Both the position numbers and the translations under genes were made by a program. This document shows positions 7,686 through 16,765 of a stretch of 48,011 bases of DNA, piece after piece. The stretch spans positions 1-48,011 of the forward strand of contig WFRI01000051.1 in assembly GCA_015486615.1 (NCBI GenBank), written 5' to 3'. This stretch comes from Candidatus Omnitrophota bacterium (GTDB taxonomy: Bacteria > Omnitrophota > Gorgyraeia > Duberdicusellales > Duberdicusellaceae). Below the pieces are notes generated by a model, which made no database searches, was not told the origin of the DNA, and worked only from the letters and a program-made list of their open reading frames with translations. The first letter of the stretch is position 1. Each line of letters opens with the position of its first letter.

Positions 7686-7917
7686 AACTCCTCCTCCTTA
7701 AGATTGTTCTAATTTTTGACAGCAAATCACAGCATCCCTTTAGAAAATTCTCACTAACGCTTCCTGCTAACAGTGATATTAAATCACCGTCAGCGTCTAT
7801 CTCTTTCCAGCCACTTACTTTGTCGGTGGCTTCTTCTAACGGGGCAAATAACATATTATCATTTTCTGCCTAATGTTCAAGGTTATTTTGCCTTGATAAT
7901 CTGAGGATGCCAAAGTT

Positions 7918-8144
7918 AATTAATTTACACTGAAAAATCTTTTCAAAACACCTTGATTTTATTAGTATTTTCCGTGATTAATCTATCGGAAAAAAACCTC
8001 CAAAATGCAAGAAAAACTGGCATAATATAAGAAAAGTCTTGCAATTACTATAAAAAGCGATAAGGTAAAGATATTTTCTTAATATACAACACACAAGTTA
8101 AATCTAAGAAAACCGTAACCCGCTTTTTTCAGTGTAAACTAACT
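7918..8144. repeat. 227-bp segment bounded by 20-bp inverted repeats (MITE-like, or closing stem of a structured RNA)
   Basis: AATTAATTTACACTGAAAAA (7918-7937) pairs with TTTTTCAGTGTAAACTAACT (8125-8144): a 14-bp perfect core and 18/20 overall. An internal hairpin TTTTCCG-N12-CGGAAAA lies at 7968-7993. Confidence 0.55.
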
Positions 8145-8167
8145 TATTAACCAAACAGGTATTATTA

Positions 8168-8620
8168 TCAAAGGGTTTTAATTAGTGCCGTTTCTTTACA
8201 GTCTGGGAAATACGGGCAATTTACGCATTCAGACCAGATTTTGTGAGGAAGGGATGATTTTTTAGTCGGCTTAAACCCCAGTTTTTTAAAAAACTCCGGA
8301 GCATAAGTTAAGGCAAATACTTTTTTTATGCCTATTTCTTTTGCTTCGTTTAAACATTGGTTTACCAATTTACTGCCTATACCCTTTTTATGGTAAGCGT
8401 CTTTTACAGCCAAAGATTTTACCTCTGCCAAATCCTGCCAGCCGACTATATGCAGGCTGCAGCAGGCAATAACTCTGCTGTTTTTTTCGTATATCCAGAA
8501 ATCCCGCAGGTTTTCATAGATATAATTCAGCGGCCGGACAAGAAGTAAACCTTTTTTGGCAAAGTTTGCCAGCAAATTGTAAATTTCTTTAGCGTCTTTT
8601 ATCTTGGCTTTCCTAAGCAT
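8168..8620 (-). CDS. GNAT family N-acetyltransferase (short ArgA-like type)
   Basis: 150 aa with the acetyl-CoA binding region HKKGIGSKLVNQCLNEAKEIG and a Cys-containing tail WSECVNCPYFPDC, as seen in short amino-acid N-acetyltransferases. Confidence 0.8.
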   Translation of the reverse strand: MLRKAKIKDAKEIYNLLANFAKKGLLLVRPLNYIYENLRDFWIYEKNSRVIACCSLHIVGWQDLAEVKSLAVKDAYHKKGIGSKLVNQCLNEAKEIGIKKVFALTYAPEFFKKLGFKPTKKSSLPHKIWSECVNCPYFPDCKETALIKTL

Positions 8621-8710
8621 TTTCTGCCTTTCTTGGTCTGCTTAAATTCTACCCCCAATTTTTCCCTTGTCAAATATTACTGAGCAACAAGTTAGTTGGC
8701 AGGTTATTAT

Positions 8711-8780
8711 TAGGTTAAGGTCAAGATTAAGATTAAGATTAAAAAATCTCGATCTCAGTCTCAATCTCAATCTAAATCTA
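8711..8780. repeat. Hexamer-periodic imperfect palindrome: (GRTYAA)n - A4 - (RRTCTM)n
   Basis: GGTTAA GGTCAA GATTAA GATTAA GATT, then AAAA, then AATCTC GATCTC AGTCTC AATCTC AATCTA AATCTA. The arms are about 30 bp, and every non-Watson-Crick position is a transition-type (A.C or G.T) pair. Confidence 0.75.
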
Positions 8781-8820
8781 AAAGAGTGTTAGCGCTTTTA
8801 GATTGGTTATTTTTCGGCGA

Positions 8821-9438
8821 TTAGTTTTCTTTTTTAAATACAATATTCAGACTGAAGGATAAAGTTTTGAATTCCTTTAAGTCTTTAGGAAATCTGGGGA
8901 ACGGCGTTGATAGATTGATGCTTTTTACGGCTGTTTCCCGCAGGATTTCCGGCGCAGTTGTTGTCTGAGGATTTATTGCCATAGATATCAGCCTGCCTTG
9001 ATTGTTTAGAGTAAAGGTTATATTTACTTTTCCAGTAAGGCTGTTTTCATACAGGCGCAAAGCAGATAATTTTATCTTTTGCCTTATTTTCTCGTAATAA
9101 GCCATATAAGCCGGCAGTGAGCCGGCAAAGTCTTTAGGACTTATCATCTCTACAGCAGTTTTGCTTTTTTCTATTTTCTCCGTAATTACAGGTTTGTTGT
9201 AAGCTTTTAACGGCCGTTTTGTTTTTACAGGAAGATTGGGGATCTTTAAATAATCCGGCGGGATTTTTACCGAGGAAGTTTTTTTAATCCTGGGTATTTT
9301 GTGAATTTTTGTTTTGATAAAAACAGTTTTTGCCGGCTTCTTGGCGGCTGTAACCGGAATATTAAAATGTATCCCCGCTACTATTGCTGTATGGGCAGCC
9401 AAAGAAGCAATTATAAATAAAGGCATTCTTTTATCCAT
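8821..9438 (-). CDS. TonB C-terminal-domain-like periplasmic protein
   Basis: 205 aa with an N-terminal membrane anchor (LFIIASLAAHTAIVAGI), a Pro/Lys-rich spacer, and a C-terminal GKVNITFTLNNQGRLISMAI...TPFPRFP segment resembling the TonB_C fold. Confidence 0.55.
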   Translation of the reverse strand: MDKRMPLFIIASLAAHTAIVAGIHFNIPVTAAKKPAKTVFIKTKIHKIPRIKKTSSVKIPPDYLKIPNLPVKTKRPLKAYNKPVITEKIEKSKTAVEMISPKDFAGSLPAYMAYYEKIRQKIKLSALRLYENSLTGKVNITFTLNNQGRLISMAINPQTTTAPEILRETAVKSINLSTPFPRFPKDLKEFKTLSFSLNIVFKKEN

Positions 9439-9443
9439 AAAGG

Positions 9444-10493
9444 TTATACGATTAAGTTTCGGAAGATATTTTTCTGTATGTTTTTATATACCGGTTTTAT
9501 CAAAGGTGGCTCTCCAGAACATTTTGCCAGTATTTTTATGTTTCTTTCTTTAGGTTTATCAGAATAACCAGCAACTATGCGTGCACAAACAGCAAGCGTT
9601 TTCTGCGAAATACCCGGGCTGGCCAGTGCTGTCGGCCCGGGAGTGTTTACCGGAGAAAGTTCTATAAAATACTTTTTCCGGTTTTGCCTTTTTAACTTTT
9701 TATTTTCCTGCAAGTTCCTGCCGACGATAAGTTTCGCTTTGTTGTTTATTCTGAAATGCCGGCCTATTCTCAAAAGTTTTACTTCGTTAGCGAAAGCCGC
9801 CGATAGAGTGCTTTGTCTTCTATCAGGGTTTATTATTTTCTTGTCCGGCTGGAGATGCAGGAGCAGGTCTTTTACTTTCCGGGAGAATTTTTCTTCTGTC
9901 AAAAGGCAGCCTCCGGAAGGATTAGGATATTGGCTTATATTGTATTTTTCCGCCAAATGTATCTGTATTTTCCGAGAACGGCCGGATATTTGCGGAAGGA
10001 GATTTCTATTTACCCATTTATTCTGCAAGGCTATGCATTCCGGGCTGATTTGCGGAGAAAGCGGTCTTAAGACTAAATTTTTTGTGCCGGATTCTTTTTC
10101 AATAGTTTTTATGGCTTGTATTCTCTGAGAAAATGGTCTTTCTCCAGCAACTTCCCCGCTGGCAATAAAATCCGCACTTATTTTTTTCATATATCTTTTA
10201 GCCAGTTTAAACATTAAGATCTTACAGTCTATGCAGGGGTTTAAGTTTTTTCCAAATCCGTATTTGGGGTTTCTGATAATATCAATCTGGCAGGAAGTTA
10301 TATCTTTTATTTTTAATTCCAGACTCAGCATAAATGCATAGCGGGTAGTTTCTGCTTTAAGTTTTTCCGGGAAGAATAGACTGTCAAAGAATATGCCGCA
10401 GGTTTGGATTCCCTGGGACTGCAGGATTTTTACGGCTAAAATACTGTCTAAGCCTCCGGAAAATAATACTACTGCTTTTTTGCTCTTTGTCAT
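9444..10493 (-). CDS. PP-loop ATPase, ThiI/MnmA-like tRNA sulfurtransferase family (no THUMP domain)
   Basis: 349 aa with the PP-loop VVLFSGGLDS, a CIDCK motif, and IASGEVAGERPFSQR...LRPL resembling the ThiI catalytic core. Confidence 0.55.
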   Translation of the reverse strand: MTKSKKAVVLFSGGLDSILAVKILQSQGIQTCGIFFDSLFFPEKLKAETTRYAFMLSLELKIKDITSCQIDIIRNPKYGFGKNLNPCIDCKILMFKLAKRYMKKISADFIASGEVAGERPFSQRIQAIKTIEKESGTKNLVLRPLSPQISPECIALQNKWVNRNLLPQISGRSRKIQIHLAEKYNISQYPNPSGGCLLTEEKFSRKVKDLLLHLQPDKKIINPDRRQSTLSAAFANEVKLLRIGRHFRINNKAKLIVGRNLQENKKLKRQNRKKYFIELSPVNTPGPTALASPGISQKTLAVCARIVAGYSDKPKERNIKILAKCSGEPPLIKPVYKNIQKNIFRNLIV

Positions 10494-11269
10494 ATCTTCA
10501 GGTTCATTCCATCATAAGCGGCTGTTGTTTCTATCGAAAGCTCCCGGCTTATTGTCCGGGCTAAGATGTGGGGTTTGGCTTTTAGCATTGTCATCCCAAA
10601 ATGGGTAAGCACTGCTTTTTTAGGTTTTATGGCCATTATCAGATGTTTGGCTTCTTCTAAGCAAAGATGGTAAACTTGCGGCTTTTTCTCTTTTAAAACT
10701 ACATTTATTACCAGTATGTCTGTGTTTTTATAGATGTTTTCCAAATCGGAAAAATATAGAGTGTCAGAAATAAAAGATATTGTTTTTCCTGCCGCAGACA
10801 GTTTTAACCCGTAGGTTTCAACCGTATGGAGCATTTTAGAAGCAATAGCCAGATGAATGTCTTTTATTTGGAAAGTTTTTCCTACCCGGGCGATTTCTGT
10901 TTTTTTTACAAAATCCTCCAGATAGGAGAATATAACTCCGTCCTTTCCAAAAGCATCCTGAGGGGCTATTAATAAACCTTCTTTCTTCCTGCCGGACTGA
11001 GTCATTGCTTCTATAAGTATGTTTATGTCTGAGGAATGGTCTATATGCTTGTGAGTAAGAACTAAAGCGTTTAAGGACTCCGGAGAAAGTTTAGGCCTGG
11101 AAGAAAGTATTTTGACTAAACTCCCCGGCCCTGGGTCAATTAAAATATTGGTTTGTTTATAGTTTACCCATATCCCTGCAGACGCACGTAATTGTTTTAA
11201 AGTGGCGAATCTTGCTCCTGCAGTGCCTAAAAATTTTATAAATCCAGCTTCTTCATTTTTACCCTGCAT
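10490..11269 (-). CDS. MBL-fold metallo-hydrolase
   Basis: 259 aa with LTHKHIDHSSD (the HxHxDH metal motif). There is a 4-nt overlap with the downstream gene. Confidence 0.75.
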   Translation of the reverse strand: MQGKNEEAGFIKFLGTAGARFATLKQLRASAGIWVNYKQTNILIDPGPGSLVKILSSRPKLSPESLNALVLTHKHIDHSSDINILIEAMTQSGRKKEGLLIAPQDAFGKDGVIFSYLEDFVKKTEIARVGKTFQIKDIHLAIASKMLHTVETYGLKLSAAGKTISFISDTLYFSDLENIYKNTDILVINVVLKEKKPQVYHLCLEEAKHLIMAIKPKKAVLTHFGMTMLKAKPHILARTISRELSIETTAAYDGMNLKI

Positions 11270-11273
11270 ATTT

Positions 11274-11735
11274 CTAAAGGTTGTATTTTTTTTGCCAGAC
11301 GCTTACAATTTCTGAGTTTATTTCCTGGATATCTTTAGGCTTTAAAGCCTTTGGCTGCTGCCTGCCTGCAGGTTTTCGTTTGAGGAATATTTCCACTGCC
11401 TCAAATTTGACTCTATTGCTTTTTGCAAAACGCTGAATCTCTCTGTCATTGGTTATTATTACTAACTGCGAGGGGTTTTTTGCTTTTTTTATCATCTTTT
11501 TGATAAGTTCGTCAGCAGTTTCTCCACGTGAGAATAATTCCTCAATTATAGAGCTGGAATTTTGCCTGTTGACTAAAGGCAAATCTTTCCCGTCATATAC
11601 TAAAGTGGCTTTGTCCCGGGTTATTTTTCCTAAAGTTATCTCCCTTAGCTGCTGCCGGGCTGTTTGCAGAGTAAGACATTTTAATCTTTTATGCTGTTTT
11701 ATTACGTTGTAGCCATCTATTATAAACCATAACAT
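11274..11735 (-). CDS. NYN-domain (YacP/Rae1-like) putative RNase
   Basis: 153 aa with N-terminal FIIDGYNVI and a later VIITNDREIQ pattern, typical of the YacP-like NYN family. Confidence 0.6.
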   Translation of the reverse strand: MLWFIIDGYNVIKQHKRLKCLTLQTARQQLREITLGKITRDKATLVYDGKDLPLVNRQNSSSIIEELFSRGETADELIKKMIKKAKNPSQLVIITNDREIQRFAKSNRVKFEAVEIFLKRKPAGRQQPKALKPKDIQEINSEIVSVWQKKYNL

Positions 11736-12654
11736 ATAATATTCCTCCGATTATTCCCATAAGCGTCCAATAGACAAAATTCATCAGCGATATGCCTAAA
11801 GCAACAGGTTTGGCTATTGCTGTCTTTCCCATAAAATAAACGCTTGCTCCTTCCCGGCTGCCTAAGCCGGCTATAGTAATAGGTATTAGGCTGATTATTG
11901 AAATTATGGGCACTATAATAAAAAATCCTAAAAGTGAAGGCCTAATTCCTAAGCCTAACGCAGTTATGTAATATGAGAATATAGCAAAGGCTTGGACAGG
12001 CAGAGAAATACCGACGCTGATTAAAAGTATTTTTGGACTTTCGCGAAAGATATGCAGGACATCATATAGCCGTTCAAGTTTTGTTTTTATTCCCGGAAAG
12101 TTGTTTGTAAAGTACAGGATTATCTTTGATGCCCGGCGGCTGAAAAGGAAAACAGAGAATATAAGCAGCAGCCCGCTCCATAAAGTTATAGGCAGAATTA
12201 TCGCAGTCCCTACGATATTCTCAGTCAGACCTATAAGAAAAGATACAATCGCTGTTAAAGAGAGCCCGATAAATCCAGTTGTCCTGTCCACTATTAAGGA
12301 GGCGGTAATCCTGCGCAGGGCAACGTTGTATTTTATTCTTAAGGCTATTCCTCTGAAAATATCCCCGGCAATCAAAGAAGGGAAAAATAGATTAAAAAAT
12401 GTCCCGCATAATGAAGGAGTAAAGATATCATTGAAAGTTAAACTCACGCCCATATATTTTAGGATAATTCTCCAGCGAATAACACAGATAAACCATGCTA
12501 AAAAGAAGCAGGCAAAGCCTAAAGCCAATAATTCCAAATTAGCATGTTTGAGCGCAGACAAAAGACTTTTGTAAGGAACGAATTTGAAGATATAGGTTAT
12601 CAACCCTAAACTTACTATAAGCCGCAGTATAAGGTTGATTATTTTTCGTCTCAA
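11689..12654 (-). CDS. Flippase-like / lysylphosphatidylglycerol-synthase TM-region family membrane protein (UPF0104)
   Basis: 321 aa with about 8 predicted TM helices. Length and N-terminal region resemble the LPG_synthase_TM family. Assigned from overall pattern only. Confidence 0.55.
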   Translation of the reverse strand: MRRKIINLILRLIVSLGLITYIFKFVPYKSLLSALKHANLELLALGFACFFLAWFICVIRWRIILKYMGVSLTFNDIFTPSLCGTFFNLFFPSLIAGDIFRGIALRIKYNVALRRITASLIVDRTTGFIGLSLTAIVSFLIGLTENIVGTAIILPITLWSGLLLIFSVFLFSRRASKIILYFTNNFPGIKTKLERLYDVLHIFRESPKILLISVGISLPVQAFAIFSYYITALGLGIRPSLLGFFIIVPIISIISLIPITIAGLGSREGASVYFMGKTAIAKPVALGISLMNFVYWTLMGIIGGILYVMVYNRWLQRNKTA

Positions 12655-12665
12655 GACTTTTAGGA

Positions 12666-13577
12666 TTATTTGTGTTTTATGTATGAGTGGGCTGACATTG
12701 CGGCAACGGCCCCTTCTGCCGCGCAGGTAATAAGCTGGCGGACTGTCTTTTTAATACAGTCTCCGGCTGCAAAGAGGCCCTCACAGGATGTCCGCATTTC
12801 AGAATCAGTAATTATAAATCCCTGGTAATCTAAATCCGCAAGGCCCCGGATGATTTGAGTGTTGGGTTTGTAGCCAATGGCTACAAACAAAGCATTGATT
12901 CTTAATGTCGTTTTAATATTTGTCTTTGTATCCTGCAGGATTGCTTCTTCTATAAAGTCTCCGCCTTTTATCTCTATTACTATTTTATTCCAAAGTATCT
13001 CTATGTTAGATTTTGATTCTACCTGCCGGGCAAGGTAATCAAATGCCCGCAGTTCGTCCCTGCGATGGATAAGATAAACTTTTTTAGCAATTCCTGCCAG
13101 ATAAAGCGCATCTTCGCAGGCTGAATTGCCTCCTCCTACTACAGCCACTGTTTTGTCTTTAAAGAAAAAGCCGTCGCATACAGCGCAGTAAGATATACCT
13201 CTGCCTGCAAACTGTGCTTCTTTTTCTATACCTAAGTTTTTAGGTGCTGCCCCGGAGGCTAATATTACTGCCTTGTGTTCTAAAACTTCAGCCGCAGTGT
13301 GCAGTCTAAAGCCGGTCTTAGTTTTTTCTATGCCGGTTATTTGCTTATTTTCTATTTTTATACCTAAGTCGTTAATCTGGTTTAATAAAATTTGGGAAAA
13401 TTCCATACCTTTTATGCCATAACTGGTTCCGGGAAAGTTGTCTATTCTTTCTATGTAATTTATCTGGCCGCAGGGAAGTTTTTTTTCGTAAAGGCTGAAG
13501 TCCAAATTTGCACGTTTAGCGTAAATAGCAGAAGTTATGCCGGCTATGCCGGATCCGATTATTGCTAATTCAGACAT
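12666..13577 (-). CDS. trxB: Thioredoxin-disulfide reductase
   Basis: 303 aa with FAD motif [12 protein letters not shown], redox-active CAVCDG, and NADPH motif [12 protein letters not shown]. Confidence 0.9.
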   Translation of the reverse strand: MSELAIIGSGIAGITSAIYAKRANLDFSLYEKKLPCGQINYIERIDNFPGTSYGIKGMEFSQILLNQINDLGIKIENKQITGIEKTKTGFRLHTAAEVLEHKAVILASGAAPKNLGIEKEAQFAGRGISYCAVCDGFFFKDKTVAVVGGGNSACEDALYLAGIAKKVYLIHRRDELRAFDYLARQVESKSNIEILWNKIVIEIKGGDFIEEAILQDTKTNIKTTLRINALFVAIGYKPNTQIIRGLADLDYQGFIITDSEMRTSCEGLFAAGDCIKKTVRQLITCAAEGAVAAMSAHSYIKHK

Positions 13578-13788
13578 TTGGCAATCCTTTCTTTTTATAT
13601 TGTTCTATAAAAAAATCTATTGAGCGGTTATAAGTTTTCTCGTCTTCGGGATGGAAGAAACAAGCAGGAACCTCATTCCGTGAAAGGTGATACTTTAAGC
13701 ATTCGCAGCACAGCCCCTTTTTAGAACAAGGGTAAGTGCAGTTGCAGTTTTTCAAGTTGTCTGCTTTGTTAAGGCATTCTTTAGGCAT
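13570..13788 (-). CDS. Cys-rich small protein, DUF6485-like
   Basis: 72 aa with 9 Cys in [21 protein letters not shown]...VPACFF. Its stop overlaps the trxB ATG by 8 nt, and it starts 4 nt after the aspS stop. Confidence 0.55.
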   Translation of the reverse strand: MPKECLNKADNLKNCNCTYPCSKKGLCCECLKYHLSRNEVPACFFHPEDEKTYNRSIDFFIEQYKKKGLPNV

Positions 13789-13792
13789 AATG

Positions 13793-15184
13793 TTATCCCT
13801 CCTGTGCGTTTTCTATATTTAATTCCTCTAATTGCTTCCTTCGGACATTAGAAGGCGCATTAGTTAACAGGCATATGCCTTTTTGCGTTTTAGGAAAAGC
13901 AATAACGTCTCTTATTGACTCAGAATTAGTAATTATAGCAATAAACCTGTCTATGCCAAAAGCAATACCGGCATGGGGCGGGGCGCCGTAATTGAAAGAC
14001 TTTAACAAAAAACCAAACTTCTCCTCTGCTTCCTGAGGAGTTATGCCTAATATTGAAAATATTCTGTTCTGCATTTGGGATTTGTGAATTCTTACTGAAC
14101 CGCTTCCTAATTCTGTGCCGTTGAATACTAAATCGTAAGAGCGCGAGCGGATTTTCCCCAATTCGCCTTTTTCAAGCAGGTATTCGTCTTCAACAAAAGG
14201 CGCAGTAAAAGGATGGTGTTCTGACCCCCATTTTTTATTCTCCTCATCGTATTTAAACAAAGGAAATTCAGTTATCCATGCAAAAGCGTATTCAGAACCA
14301 GTTTCTTCCCTTAAGTCCGGCTTGTCAGTGCCGTATTTATTCACAGCCTGTTTATAAGTTATTCTGGGAAAAGGAGTTTTAATCTTTTTGCCTAAGGTTT
14401 GTTCAAATACGCGGGAAAACAATTCTTCGGTTAATCTAAAGATGTCTGCCTCGTCAGCGAAAGACATTTCCAAATCCAACTGGGTAAATTCCGGCTGGCG
14501 GTCTTTTCTCAAATCTTCGTCTCTAAAACAGCGGGCTATCTGGTAATATTTATCTATCCCGGAAACCATCAACACCTGCTTAAATAATTGAGGCGACTGC
14601 GGAAGTGCATAGAACTTTCCGGGATTGAGCCTTGCCGGAACAAGAAAATCACGGGCACCTTCCGGAGTAGATTTAGTAAGAAAGGGGGTTTCTACTTCCA
14701 GGAACTCCTGCTGGGAGAGAAAATTTCTTACTACTTGGTTTATTTTACTGCGCAGAGTTAAGTTGTCCAGCATTTTTCTTCTTCTTAAGTCCAAAAAACG
14801 AAAACTCAGCCTTATTTCTTCAGAAGTGTCAATGTCGTCTTCTATCATAAAGGGGATTTCCTGAGCAGGGCTTAATATTTCTATTTTCTCTGCCAAAACT
14901 TCTATTTTCCCTGTAGGTATTGAAAGATTTTCTGTGCCTTTAGGCCTTTTGCTTACTTCACCTTCTATTTTTACCACATCTTCATTTTTGAATGTTTGGG
15001 CAGCAGGATAGGCTTGTTTGGCTATGCTTTTAATAACAGTTATTTGGGTCTTTCCGTAGCGGTCCCGCAGGTCAACGAAAATAATCTTTCCGTGGTCACG
15101 CCGGGAGTCTACCCAGCCGCAAAGAACTGCCTTTTTGCCTATGTCTTTCTCTGTAAGGCTTCCGCAGGTATGGGTCCTAAGCAT
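13793..15184 (-). CDS. aspS: Aspartate--tRNA ligase, bacterial-type core but lacking the GAD insertion domain
   Basis: 463 aa with OB-fold N-terminus [10 protein letters not shown]...[22 protein letters not shown], motif 2 [25 protein letters not shown], and motif 3 GIAFGIDR. Confidence 0.9.
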   Translation of the reverse strand: MLRTHTCGSLTEKDIGKKAVLCGWVDSRRDHGKIIFVDLRDRYGKTQITVIKSIAKQAYPAAQTFKNEDVVKIEGEVSKRPKGTENLSIPTGKIEVLAEKIEILSPAQEIPFMIEDDIDTSEEIRLSFRFLDLRRRKMLDNLTLRSKINQVVRNFLSQQEFLEVETPFLTKSTPEGARDFLVPARLNPGKFYALPQSPQLFKQVLMVSGIDKYYQIARCFRDEDLRKDRQPEFTQLDLEMSFADEADIFRLTEELFSRVFEQTLGKKIKTPFPRITYKQAVNKYGTDKPDLREETGSEYAFAWITEFPLFKYDEENKKWGSEHHPFTAPFVEDEYLLEKGELGKIRSRSYDLVFNGTELGSGSVRIHKSQMQNRIFSILGITPQEAEEKFGFLLKSFNYGAPPHAGIAFGIDRFIAIITNSESIRDVIAFPKTQKGICLLTNAPSNVRRKQLEELNIENAQEG

Positions 15185-16436
15185 ACTTTTCTAAATAGTT
15201 ATTAACCGTGTCTAATAATTCGTCCTCGTTTATTTGCTTCTGCAGGGATTCTTTCATAAACTTAACAATGATTTTGCCTTGTTTTATCTCATCATCGCCT
15301 ATCAAAACAGTTATTCTCGCGCCTAATTTTTGTGAATATTTAAGCTGGGCCTTCAAGGATTTGCCCAGAAAATCTATATCCGAAGATATTGAATGCTGTC
15401 TTAGCAGAGTCAAAATTTCAAAGGCATAATTATATACATTTTTGCTGGTGTATGCAACAAATACTTTTGCCGCCGGGCTGATTTTTTTTACAGGCATAAG
15501 CATAAGCATTCTTTCCATACCTAAAGCAAACCCTGCCGCGGGAATCTGCGGCCCGCCTAATTCTTGGATTAAGTTGTTATACCTTCCTCCTGCTCCAACT
15601 GCGTCCTGCGCGCCTAATTTGGAAGATTTAATTTCAAATACAGTCTGGGTATAGTAATCTAAGCCCCGCACAAGCACAGGGTTTATTGTATAAGGTGTTT
15701 TTAATTGCTCTAATGCCCGGCACAAAGAGTCAAAGTGCTGCCGGCAGGATGTGCAAAGGTAGGAATGGTTTATTTTTAAAGAAGAGACAATTTCCCGGCA
15801 TCCGGGATTTTTGCAGTCAAGTATGCGCAGGGTGTTTCCCTGCAGCCTTTGCCGGCAGTTTGGACAAAGCAGATTCTTTTTGGAGGAAAGTTTTTCTTTA
15901 AGGATGTTTTTTAATGCTTGTTTGTCTTTAACGCAGCCTAAAGAATTAATTTCTATGGAATAATCTTTTATTCCGGATTCAGACAGTATTAAAGACGCTA
16001 TTTTTATCAATTCCGCATCAGCCCAATAACTGCCGGCTCCAATGAATTCGGCGCCTATATGACTGAATTCCCTCAGCCTTCCTTTTTGGGGACGTTCGCC
16101 CCTGAACATCGGCCCGATATAGAACCATTTCATTATTTCTTTCTGCCGGTAAATATTGTGGGAGATGACATTTTTGGCGGCTTGTGCTGTGCCTTCAGGG
16201 CGCAGGCAGATGTTTTTTTCCAGAGGGTAAAGCCGGTAAATTTGTTTTTCTACAATTTCTGTCTCTTTGCCCAGGCCCCGGCTAAATACCCGGCTGTCTT
16301 CCAATATAGGGAATCTGGCTTCCTGGTAGGCAAAAATTTTGAATATTCTGCGGGCTGTTTTTTCCAAAGAATATAGAGCAGCACTTTCCGGAGGAAAATA
16401 TTCTTTAGTTCCTTTTACTAACTTGAAATCAGGCAT
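15177..16436 (-). CDS. hisS: Histidine--tRNA ligase
   Basis: 419 aa class IIa enzyme with motif 2 region FRGERPQKGRLREFSHIGAEFIG, the GGRYNNL HisA/B motif, and a C-terminal anticodon-binding domain. Confidence 0.9.
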   Translation of the reverse strand: MPDFKLVKGTKEYFPPESAALYSLEKTARRIFKIFAYQEARFPILEDSRVFSRGLGKETEIVEKQIYRLYPLEKNICLRPEGTAQAAKNVISHNIYRQKEIMKWFYIGPMFRGERPQKGRLREFSHIGAEFIGAGSYWADAELIKIASLILSESGIKDYSIEINSLGCVKDKQALKNILKEKLSSKKNLLCPNCRQRLQGNTLRILDCKNPGCREIVSSLKINHSYLCTSCRQHFDSLCRALEQLKTPYTINPVLVRGLDYYTQTVFEIKSSKLGAQDAVGAGGRYNNLIQELGGPQIPAAGFALGMERMLMLMPVKKISPAAKVFVAYTSKNVYNYAFEILTLLRQHSISSDIDFLGKSLKAQLKYSQKLGARITVLIGDDEIKQGKIIVKFMKESLQKQINEDELLDTVNNYLEKYA

Positions 16437-16437
16437 T

Positions 16438-16719
16438 TTAGACTGCTTTTTTGGACAATTTCTTCAATTCCAGCCCCGGCTTAAAAATTACGGCTTTCCT
16501 GTCCGGTATAGGTATGGGTTTGTTAGTCCGGGGATTCCTGCCTATTTTACGACGTCTTACCTTTATTTTAAATACTCCGAAATTTCTTATTTCTATTCTC
16601 TCTTCTGCCAACAGCGCCTTAATCATTGTTTCAAAAACCTTATTAGTAATTTTGCTTACTAAGGGATATTTAAACCCTGTCTCCACAACTATTTTCTCAG
16701 CAATATCTTTTTTAGTCAT
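16438..16719 (-). CDS. HU/IHF family DNA-binding protein
   Basis: My preferred start is MTKKDIAEKI at the ATG at 16719, with an AGGAGG SD 8 nt upstream. It contains the beta-arm motif FGVFKIKVRRRKIGRNPRTNKPIPIPDRKAVIFKPG. Confidence 0.85.
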   Translation of the reverse strand: MTKKDIAEKIVVETGFKYPLVSKITNKVFETMIKALLAEERIEIRNFGVFKIKVRRRKIGRNPRTNKPIPIPDRKAVIFKPGLELKKLSKKAV

Positions 16720-16765
16720 AAAGCCAGCCTCCTGTTTGGGCAACTTTTTATAATAGCAATCCTAA

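Noticed and set aside
8711-8780. My first impression was that the hexamer palindrome pairs better as minus-strand RNA (G.U wobbles) than as plus-strand RNA.
   Set aside because: A pair-by-pair check gave 5 A.C and 4 G.T positions on the plus strand, so both strands are about equally imperfect. The strand-asymmetry claim was dropped.
9577-10128. Long plus-strand ORFs antisense to real genes: 9577..10128 (183 aa), 12101..12574 (157 aa), 35674..36096 (140 aa), 41747..42178 (143 aa), 37980..38390 (136 aa), and many shorter ones.
   Set aside because: Each lies entirely inside a well-supported minus-strand gene. They have low-complexity F/L/S/I-rich composition typical of antisense frames, with no SD and no domain signatures.
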